Shown piece by piece: positions 9,209-17,052 of a stretch of 64,000 nt of DNA (position 1 is its first letter; each line of letters begins with the position of its first letter). Below the pieces are notes generated by a model. That model was given only the letters and a program-made list of their open reading frames with translations, did no database searches and had not been told where the DNA came from. The position numbers and the translations under genes were made by a program. This DNA comes from Dehalococcoidia bacterium (GTDB lineage: Bacteria > Chloroflexota > Dehalococcoidia > UBA6926): positions 811,912 to 875,911 of the forward strand of contig OZ252041.1 of the NCBI GenBank assembly GCA_965247995.1, written 5' to 3'.

Positions 9209-10195
9209 TCAGGGCAGGAAACTATCGTCTATGGCGAAGTCGTAGCTGTCGAGCGCCTGGTCGATCAACCCTTGTTCTACGAAGTATTGCGCCACGTCTT
9301 TGGCGAACTGCTGGACGGCGCCTCCGAGCCACTCCTCGGATTTCTGCTCCTCGGCTGACAGAAACGTGAACGTGTCCAGTAAGGACCGTGCGGATTCCAC
9401 GTCCATGCCAGCGGCCTGGGCGATAGATTCCGTGTAGCGGTCGGGGTCGGACTCGTAGGTGATCCTCGACTGCTCCGTCACCTCCATGAACTTCCGCATC
9501 AGGTCGGGATGCTCATCCACGAACTCTTCGGTCGCCACCACCACATCAAACACGCGAATGCCGATCGCCTCCTGCTCCGACGCGGGCATGAGCTCGTGAC
9601 CGAACTCCCTCATGCGCTGCAGCGGGCCGCCAAATGCGCACGCCATGGCGACCTCACCCCGAGCCAGCGCGGCGGCGGCGGTTGGGGGGTCCATCTCCAC
9701 GATGTCAATCTTGTCGGCATCCACCTCCAGGTAGTCCAACGTGCGCAGAAGCTTGTAGTGCGTCATGTTGCCGATCGTGGTGGCGACCTTCTTGCCCTCT
9801 AGCTCCTTCGCGTTGGACTGGGTGATACCGGTGTCGTTGTGCACGATGCAGTTGTCCGCCTCGGAGTAGCTGATCGCTACTCCGAGCAACTTCACGCGCT
9901 GGCCATTGGAGACTGCGACGACCCATGGGACAACGCCCTGCGCGTAGACGATCTGCACTTCTCCCGCCGCAATCGCCTCGTTTGTTTCGATGCCGGTCCA
10001 GAACGTGCGCCACTCCACCTCTACGCCGAGCTCTTCGTCGTAGGTCTTCTCGATCTGTGCAATCTGGTTGGCGGTGGGCCACTCAGGAAAATAGGCCACA
10101 GTTATCTTGTCGATCTCGTCTCCGCCACACGCCGCTGCCATTAACGCCGCGATGGCGCTAATCACGGTGAACACGACCAGGTACCGTCGTTTCAT
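9209..10195 (-). CDS. tauA: Taurine/sulfonate ABC transporter substrate-binding lipoprotein (TauA-like)
   Basis: Lipobox AAAC; ITVAYFPEWP, QGVVPWVVA, SYSEADNC and GIRVFDV resemble marine alphaproteobacterial TauA. Confidence 0.75.
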   Translation of the reverse strand: MKRRYLVVFTVISAIAALMAAACGGDEIDKITVAYFPEWPTANQIAQIEKTYDEELGVEVEWRTFWTGIETNEAIAAGEVQIVYAQGVVPWVVAVSNGQRVKLLGVAISYSEADNCIVHNDTGITQSNAKELEGKKVATTIGNMTHYKLLRTLDYLEVDADKIDIVEMDPPTAAAALARGEVAMACAFGGPLQRMREFGHELMPASEQEAIGIRVFDVVVATEEFVDEHPDLMRKFMEVTEQSRITYESDPDRYTESIAQAAGMDVESARSLLDTFTFLSAEEQKSEEWLGGAVQQFAKDVAQYFVEQGLIDQALDSYDFAIDDSFLP

Positions 10196-10414
10196 GAAGG
10201 GCTAATCCCTTTCGTCGAATGATTTGACCGGCCAGACACCTCGCGCCAATTCAATCACATTTCTTTGAATATCCGTTGGGCGACCCGTTGCGTTGACAGG
10301 ACCTTGCCGCGATGTGCGTCGACGGCAGACCGTCTCTTCGATGGCGGTCATTCAGCCTGCCAAAGCCCTCGCCGGCGGTGATGAGGGAAACGCGGCGCCG
10401 CGTCTCGCGACGAG

Positions 10415-10729
10415 CTATGGCCGCGGCGGCCAGTTCAGCGCCTTCTCCAAGTTGGCGAGGTAGTCGGCGAAGGCGTGGCGTCCCGTCGCGGTTGCCTGTA
10501 CCCACGTGCGCGGCTTGGAATCCTGGAACTCTTTCGTGGTGACGAGATAGCCGGCGCCCTCGAGCTTTCCCAAATGGGTGGTGAGGTTTCCGCCGGTCAG
10601 GTCGAGCGTTTTCTGAATGAACCCGTAGGCGAGCCGGTCCGCCTCGGGCTGGGAGACCAGAACGGTCATGATCCGCAGTCGGGTGGGCTGGTGGATGGTC
10701 TCGTTGAGAACGATGGGTTCGTCGGTCAA
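10415..10729 (-). CDS. Winged-helix transcriptional regulator (HTH_34/MarR-like)
   Basis: IHQPTRLRIM, LDLTGGNLTTHLGKLEGAGY, KPRTW..T..GR.AF; TTG start overlaps the upstream stop. Confidence 0.85.
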   Translation of the reverse strand: MTDEPIVLNETIHQPTRLRIMTVLVSQPEADRLAYGFIQKTLDLTGGNLTTHLGKLEGAGYLVTTKEFQDSKPRTWVQATATGRHAFADYLANLEKALNWPPRP

Positions 10730-11361
10730 TGGACCCCGCTCTTGCGTATCCACCACGCACCCAGGACCACCACTACCAGCATCAATGCCGCCGCCACCAA
10801 CATCGCCTCGTAGCCGTCCACGAGGTAATTGGGGATGTAGAACGCTGCCGCGAACCCCGCGCCCACCGCCGCCAACACCGGGCGGTGCATGATGCCGAAC
10901 AGGACGTATCCGAGCGACACGATGCCGATGGCGACGCCCGGAATGGCGTCGCCATCTTCCGTATTCCACATCCCCGCGGCCGCCGGAATGAGGAACGTCG
11001 CTACGACCACTACGAGCCAGTAGAGGAACACCCGAATACCGGCGCTACGAGCAGCGTCGCCTGCTGCGATTTTCCTCCCGGCGCGGTGTCCGATGAACCC
11101 GCTTCCCACGATACCCGGCACCATCAGGACGCCCCAGAGCACCCCGAAAATCCACGGGCTGCGCTCCGCGAATTCGGATGCCAGCGTCAGGATGGCGTAC
11201 TGGGAGACGACTCCCAGCGAGGCGATCGCGGCCCAAAGGAGCATTATCGTCGCCGTCCCGGCGACGTACATGGAGCTCCGCGCCCGGTCCATGGTCTGGT
11301 GGATGTCGCGCCAGGCCTCTTCGGGTGTGCCCGCCCCCGTCTCGGCGTCCGACGCTTCCAT
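10726..11361 (-). CDS. Membrane protein co-transcribed with the wHTH regulator
   Basis: About 6 TM segments; AGGAG RBS before the ATG at 11361. Confidence 0.75.
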   Translation of the reverse strand: MEASDAETGAGTPEEAWRDIHQTMDRARSSMYVAGTATIMLLWAAIASLGVVSQYAILTLASEFAERSPWIFGVLWGVLMVPGIVGSGFIGHRAGRKIAAGDAARSAGIRVFLYWLVVVVATFLIPAAAGMWNTEDGDAIPGVAIGIVSLGYVLFGIMHRPVLAAVGAGFAAAFYIPNYLVDGYEAMLVAAALMLVVVVLGAWWIRKSGVH

Positions 11362-11420
11362 TGGGCTTCTCCTTGTCGTCATGTCAGTGGTGGCATGAGC
11401 ACCGGCGCGGAAACCACTCG

Positions 11421-11476
11421 TTGACTGTTCCTGCGCCTGCCGTTACTGTACCGCAAAGTAGTTTGTAACGTAAAGT
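11421..11476 (+). promoter_or_regulatory. Sigma70-type promoter of the ABC exporter with a tandem putative operator
   Basis: TTGACT(11421)-17 nt-TACTGT(11444), overlapped by two imperfect ACTTT..AAAGT-like sites (actgtaccgcaaagt, agtttgtaacgtaaagt). Confidence 0.5.
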
Positions 11477-11504
11477 TCGAGAGTCATCGAGGTGGGGGCA
11501 GGGC

Positions 11505-12452
11505 ATGAGCATGGAACCTCTTGACGCCTTTGCGGTGCAGGTGGCATCGCTGCGGAAGGTGTACGGCGACGTGGTGGCCTTGGACGACGTGAGTTTCGAG
11601 GTGGAGCGGGGCAGCGTGTTCTGCATCATCGGCCCCAACGGGGCTGGCAAGACCACGGCTATCGAGTGCCTCGAAGGGTTGCGCGAGCCGGATGGCGGCT
11701 CCGTCAAGGTGGCCGGGCTGGACCCGATAGCCGACCGCGCGAGGTTCGTCCACAAGATCGGAGTGCAGTTGCAGGAGATCGGGATTCCCCCGCGCATGAG
11801 GACGCGAGAGGCGCTCAACCTGTTCGCTGCGTTCTACCGGACGTCCATCGACCAGTCGGAGTTGAGCGATGAGTTGGGGCTTGATGCGAGTCTGTCGAAA
11901 CCGTATGGCTCGCTTTCGGGCGGTCAGAAGCGGCGGGTGAACATCGCGCTGGCCCTGGTGGGCGACCCCGAGATCGTGTTCCTGGACGAACCGACCACCG
12001 GCCTCGACCCGGAGTCCCGCTTCCGGTTCTGGGACTACGTCAGGCGGCAGAACGCCCGCGGCAAGACGATCGTGGCGACGACGCATTACCTGGAAGAGGC
12101 GCACGAATACTGCGACGCGGTCCTGCTGATGAACGAAGGCCGGGTGGTGACGTCTGGGCCGCCTGATCGCCTGATCGCGGAGTCGGGGTTGGCGGCGCGC
12201 GTGGTCCTGCCGCGAGCGGCGCTCGGGACCGTCGGAGAGGACGATTTGGCGGCGCTACCAGGCGCCACGCGCGTCCGCGGAACGGAGGCCTCCTTCTATG
12301 TCTATGGGGATGGCAACGTGGTGCGCGACGTTTCTGACTTTCTGAGCGAGAGGGGGATTTCACCTGGGGTGATCGAGGCGCGGCCTGCGAACCTGGACGA
12401 CATCTACTTTCTTGCCGTCGGGAATAAAGACCCGCGAGGAGGGCGGGAATGA
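11505..12452 (+). CDS. ABC-2 type exporter ATP-binding protein
   Basis: GPNGAGKTT, LSGGQ, FLDEPTTGLDP, TTHY. Confidence 0.93.
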   Translation: MSMEPLDAFAVQVASLRKVYGDVVALDDVSFEVERGSVFCIIGPNGAGKTTAIECLEGLREPDGGSVKVAGLDPIADRARFVHKIGVQLQEIGIPPRMRTREALNLFAAFYRTSIDQSELSDELGLDASLSKPYGSLSGGQKRRVNIALALVGDPEIVFLDEPTTGLDPESRFRFWDYVRRQNARGKTIVATTHYLEEAHEYCDAVLLMNEGRVVTSGPPDRLIAESGLAARVVLPRAALGTVGEDDLAALPGATRVRGTEASFYVYGDGNVVRDVSDFLSERGISPGVIEARPANLDDIYFLAVGNKDPRGGRE

Positions 12453-13237
12453 ACTCGACAGCCCTTCGCAGGCTGGTCTACACGGAACTGCTCTTGGCGC
12501 TGCGCGAGCCGGTCGCCATGTTCCTGTCGGTGATACTGCCTCTGGCGGTGTTCCTCGCCCTAGGGTTCTCGGTCGGCAGCACCGAGATTCCGGTGGACAG
12601 GGACGAGGGGATTGTGGAGCTGTTTCATGTGAGGGACGTCCTGCTCGCCGGCAACATCGCCTGGGTGACGGCGGTATTCGGCATCATCGCGTTGCCGCAG
12701 ACGCTGGTGGAGTTTCGCCAGCACGGGACGTTCCGGCGTTACCGGGTGACGCCGATGCCGGCTTCCATGCTCATCCTCGCACCGCTGGCGGTGGGCGGGG
12801 CGGTGATCGTCGTGTCTCTGGTCCTAATGCTCGTGGTGGGATGGTTGGTATTCGACATACGCTTCGCGGGCAACGCAGCGATGGTGGCGCTGGCGGTGTT
12901 GGTTTCGTACCTGGCGTTTGCCGCTTTGGGGACCGCGATCACTGCTCGGACCCGCAGTACGCGAACGGCGTTGGGGCTGGGGCTTGCGGTGTTCGCGCCC
13001 ATGTTCGTGCTGAGCGGCGCGTTCGGCCCGAGGGAGACCTTTCCCGACGCGCTCCAACGTGTGGGCGACTGGCTGCCGATGACGCACGCCTACGATCTGC
13101 TCACGTTCCTCTGGCTTGGCGCGACCTGGGGTGTGGAGACGACTATAGCCACGCCCATCTGGGTCTCGTTTGTCTATTTGGGAGCGATCGCGGCGGTGTG
13201 TGTGGCCGCGAGCGTACGACTGTTCCGGTGGGAGTAG
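12449..13237 (+). CDS. ABC-2 type exporter permease
   Basis: 6 TM segments, LSGAFGP..FP..LQ and WLPMTHA motifs, C-terminal FRWE; ATGA overlap with the ATPase gene. Confidence 0.9.
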   Translation: MNSTALRRLVYTELLLALREPVAMFLSVILPLAVFLALGFSVGSTEIPVDRDEGIVELFHVRDVLLAGNIAWVTAVFGIIALPQTLVEFRQHGTFRRYRVTPMPASMLILAPLAVGGAVIVVSLVLMLVVGWLVFDIRFAGNAAMVALAVLVSYLAFAALGTAITARTRSTRTALGLGLAVFAPMFVLSGAFGPRETFPDALQRVGDWLPMTHAYDLLTFLWLGATWGVETTIATPIWVSFVYLGAIAAVCVAASVRLFRWE

Positions 13238-13374
13238 ATCGACCCGGGAGTAGACTTCCGGTCCGTATCGTGCATTGTGAGCGAGAGCGGAACGTGGACC
13301 GCCAGCGAAGGTCCATGATTCTGAGTGGTTTGGTGGACCCGCGATGTTGAACGCGAATAGTTCGGAGCGTAAGG

Positions 13375-15171
13375 GTGAATAGACTGCTGGCCGTGATGGT
13401 CGTGCTCGTGTTCGGTTCATTGTTTTGCGCGTGCGGGACAACGGACAGGCCTGATGCCGGTCCCCCATCCGCGACGGACCTGCTCGCTCATGCTCAAGAG
13501 GCGATGGACCAGCAGCGGTTCCGGGGCGGCGGAGCCCTCGCACCATCGGATCCTGAACCAGCATTCACCTATGTTCCCGGCCTCACGCTCCTCCAAGACA
13601 TAAGTGGCGAATGGCCCCGATACCTGCTCCTCTCAGACGAGGCTATCTTTTCCTCGGGTGGCGGCACTCGTTGGCTCGTGTCGCCTCAGGACTCGACCGC
13701 TACGGTCTTCTTGGGCGTTACGTCAGACCCGCGGTTCGCACTCCGTTTCGCCACTGCTCCAGAGATCGTCGGGGAGGAAGCCATTGACGATCGCACTCAC
13801 CTGATCGTGTCTGTCGGCCTCGATGCCGAGGCGATCCTGGACATGACGCCTCCGCCGGAGCCGTACGTCCGCATTGGCTTGGGGTTCCCATACCCGGAAG
13901 GGGCGGATGCCAGAGAGCTTGAGGAGTTGGGTTATGAGGTGTTCGGCTCCCTGCTGAAGGATTCCGCCCAGTGGGAGGCGTTCAAGGGAACCTACCAGCT
14001 GAGCTTCTCTGAACGGGCCGACCGTCCAGGTCAGCCGCGGAGCGAATGGGACGTACGAGTCACCGTCATCGTCCGCGAGGCCATCGCCCTGGAAGCTTCG
14101 GCTAAGCAGGAGCTCCGGGCTGCCTTGGAAGCTTACGGCGCTGACCCAGACCTCATCGAGAACGCAAGTATCAGACCCGTTGTGCAGGATTCAGGTGAGG
14201 ACATGCGTCAGCAGCTGCGAGACCTGAAGGTCCGATTGTGGATAGACGTGGAAACGGGCCTGGTCGGTCGTTTAGCGATCAGTCCAGTCTCTTCAGACTC
14301 GGATGAACAGTATGTGATCGGGTTCTGGGGCTACGGTGACGACATAGAGTTGCGGGCACCCGCGGACGTCATGGATGCCCGGCGGGCTGACGCCTTCAAT
14401 AGGGTAGCGCAACGCGGCTTTGGGGTGCTCAACGAGGCGCTGCGGCATCACGAGGGGCAACACGGCCGCTACCCGGATGCGCTGACGCCCGAGACGGTTG
14501 GGGATGCTCTGGAGGCCCTGGGGCTCGCCTGGCCTACGAACCCGTTCACCAACGCCCCCATGCGCCACGCACCAGGTAGCCCGGGCGATTTCCGCTACAC
14601 GGGGTATGGGAACGACTACTCGCTCCAGATCCACGGCTGGGACCTTCCGACGGTGTCCAAAACGGCGGAGTCCGTTGGAGTAGAGGAAGCTCCGAAACCG
14701 AGCACCCTGGAGGGGGACCTGGATTACGTCAGGTCTTTGGATTTTCCCGTGTTCTGGCTGGGGCTGAGGTCTGGTGCACCGGCCCAGAACGAGGCGGCAC
14801 TCCCTTCGCTGATGCTGACGGAGGTTGCCGCATGCGCACCGGAGCCGGTTTGCATCTGGCCCGTCCGCTTCACCTACGGGACGGCGGAACATGGCTCGAG
14901 GCTCTTGTCGTTTTTGGAGCGGCCACGCGGCGAAAGCGACGTTTCCGAAGGTAGGCTAACCGAAGTAGCTGGGCTCGAGGGGACCTTGCTGGTCGTCACT
15001 CGGCCACTGCCTTACCGGGCCGATCTCTCCGTATGGCAGGCCACTGTATGGCTGCCGGAAAGCGTCATACGAGTCGCGGCAACTACCATCTCGGGGGACC
15101 CTCAGGGGAATCCGTTTAATAGCGAGATCGGTCTCACTGCCACTATCCGCTTGCTCATGGCGCTGCGATAG
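13375..15171 (+). CDS. Multidomain lipoprotein of unknown function
   Basis: Lipobox FCAC; LppX/LolA-like segments; pseudopilin-like YPDAL..WPTNPFT..GDFRY; C-terminal FPVFWLG domain. Confidence 0.7.
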   Translation: MNRLLAVMVVLVFGSLFCACGTTDRPDAGPPSATDLLAHAQEAMDQQRFRGGGALAPSDPEPAFTYVPGLTLLQDISGEWPRYLLLSDEAIFSSGGGTRWLVSPQDSTATVFLGVTSDPRFALRFATAPEIVGEEAIDDRTHLIVSVGLDAEAILDMTPPPEPYVRIGLGFPYPEGADARELEELGYEVFGSLLKDSAQWEAFKGTYQLSFSERADRPGQPRSEWDVRVTVIVREAIALEASAKQELRAALEAYGADPDLIENASIRPVVQDSGEDMRQQLRDLKVRLWIDVETGLVGRLAISPVSSDSDEQYVIGFWGYGDDIELRAPADVMDARRADAFNRVAQRGFGVLNEALRHHEGQHGRYPDALTPETVGDALEALGLAWPTNPFTNAPMRHAPGSPGDFRYTGYGNDYSLQIHGWDLPTVSKTAESVGVEEAPKPSTLEGDLDYVRSLDFPVFWLGLRSGAPAQNEAALPSLMLTEVAACAPEPVCIWPVRFTYGTAEHGSRLLSFLERPRGESDVSEGRLTEVAGLEGTLLVVTRPLPYRADLSVWQATVWLPESVIRVAATTISGDPQGNPFNSEIGLTATIRLLMALR

Positions 15172-15268
15172 ATCGCCTCTCGGACGCATATTTCGATCGG
15201 AGGATGCGGCGGCGCGGCCCGAGTGATGTCCGTCCTGCCGCGTTACGAACACGGCGGTGTCGACGAAA

Positions 15269-15547
15269 TCACGCGTTGTGCGCACCGGAGGCCCGTGGCG
15301 CTTCGATGACCTGTAGGTGGGGGCCTAGTCTGGTTCGCGTTCGAGGACCGCGTAGGGCATCGTAGGGGCGGAAGAACGCCTCGATATTGGCCAGCGATGC
15401 GAGGGGTCCGGCGCGCTGTCGTTGTTCAAGGCGGTCTTGGGCGGCCTTCCGGAGCCAGGCGCTGAGGTTCATGCCCTCTCGTTGTGCTTGGTGAACGATC
15501 CGATCCGATCGCGGTCCTCATCGGGGGTCGCGATGGAATCTGGCCAT
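15269..15547 (-). pseudogene. Degenerate antitoxin-like (RHH-type) gene
   Basis: ATG at 15547 followed by frameshifted PDEDRDR..HQAQREGMNLSAWLRKAAQDRL..EAFF; no intact toxin follows. Confidence 0.5.
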
Positions 15548-15659
15548 TCTTGGTCCTGCCCGGTCTTTGGGATGCGCATGTATGTTACGCATGATCGCCC
15601 AGGGGGCCACTTGGCACGCACATGCTTGCGTGTTCCAACAGCAGGGGAAGGCAGCGAAC

Positions 15660-16925
15660 ATGCAGCTCACGCACTTGATTCACCGGGTCACGCGGATCGA
15701 GGAGGGGAGCCGGACGGAGCTGGGCGGCGACGGGGTGCTGCGGGTCGACGTGGCGGGGCTGCGCGAGCAGGTGCTCCAGGACCGGCGGTTGGCGGACGTG
15801 CAGGTGGAGGTGTTGTCGCCGGACGTTCCGGCGCGGGCCGGGGCGGTGTTCGATGTGGTGGAGCCGCGGGCGAAGGAGCCGGGGTCCGGCAGCGATTTCC
15901 CGGGGTTGCTGGGGCTGATGGCGATCGCGGGTAGCGGGTCGACGCACGTGCTGGCGGGGACGGCGGTGACGGTGGTGGACCCGCTTGCGGACCCGAGCGC
16001 CGGCGCACAGGTGTTGGAGCTTGGCGCGGAGGCGTCGGCGGCGACGCCGTACGGAGCCCTCTGGCACGTCGTGGTAACGCCGGTACCGGTGGTCGGGGTG
16101 GACGAGAGCGCGATCCGGAACGCGGCGAGGCTGGCGTCGGTGCGAGCAGCGACGTACTTGGGGAGCGTGGGTATTGGGGTCGCGCCGGACGATGTGGAGA
16201 CGTTCGAGACGGGCGGGTTGGGGTCGGTCCCATCGGGACGGCCTCGCGTCGCGTTCATCGGGCAGGTGCTGGCGCACCACCGATATATCGAGCCGGACGA
16301 GCCGATCCTCTATGGCAGTTCGACGCACGGGTTTCTGCCGACCGTCTTGCATCCCAACGAATGGATCGACGGCGCGGTGGTGTGCTCGTACCGGAACCTG
16401 GGGGTCGAGACGTATTTTCACCAGAACCACCCGATCATCCTCGAGTTGCTGCGGCGCCACCGGCTGGGTGAGTTGACGTTCGTGGGCGTGGTCGCGACGG
16501 CGTCCGCGTCGCTCGACGACGAACGACACCGGAACTGCGCGATCGCGGCGCACCTGGCGAGCGACGTGTTGGAGGCCGACGCGGCGGTCCTGACGAGCTA
16601 CGGGGGCGGCGCGCCGCATGCCGACATGGGTCAGACGGCACGGTTGTGCGAGGGGGCCGGGGTGCGGACGACGGTGCTGGTTGCCGAGATGGCCCGAGAC
16701 CGGCGGGTCGAGTCGGCGAACATCTTTGCGTACCCGGAGGTCGACGCGGCGGTGGTGATCGGCGGGAGCGACACCTCGTGGGACCTGAAGCCGGTGGAGC
16801 GTGTGGTCGCAGCGACGGCGGAGTACGCGGACGCATTGGCGACGATGCAGGTGCTTGGGGCCGGCTCGCTGTCCGGCGCGACGAACCAGCAGGGGGCGTC
16901 ACGGATCCGGGCTGCGACGTACTAG
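15660..16925 (+). CDS. Glycine/sarcosine/betaine reductase component B subunit (GrdE/GrdI family)
   Basis: DVVEPRAK, FPG, GSTHVLAG.AV, PTVLHPNEWIDGAVV, TYFHQNHPII, GGGAPHAD. Confidence 0.82.
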   Translation: MQLTHLIHRVTRIEEGSRTELGGDGVLRVDVAGLREQVLQDRRLADVQVEVLSPDVPARAGAVFDVVEPRAKEPGSGSDFPGLLGLMAIAGSGSTHVLAGTAVTVVDPLADPSAGAQVLELGAEASAATPYGALWHVVVTPVPVVGVDESAIRNAARLASVRAATYLGSVGIGVAPDDVETFETGGLGSVPSGRPRVAFIGQVLAHHRYIEPDEPILYGSSTHGFLPTVLHPNEWIDGAVVCSYRNLGVETYFHQNHPIILELLRRHRLGELTFVGVVATASASLDDERHRNCAIAAHLASDVLEADAAVLTSYGGGAPHADMGQTARLCEGAGVRTTVLVAEMARDRRVESANIFAYPEVDAAVVIGGSDTSWDLKPVERVVAATAEYADALATMQVLGAGSLSGATNQQGASRIRAATY

Positions 16926-17052
16926 GGGCGGGGCCGATGAGGGTCGTTGGAGTATCATGGCCCGCAATGTGCGGCCGAGGAGTGGTCGGCCGATGAGCGG
17001 CGTGCCGGGGAATGTGAGAGGCACGCACCGGACCAGGTAAAGGGGTCGCTCC

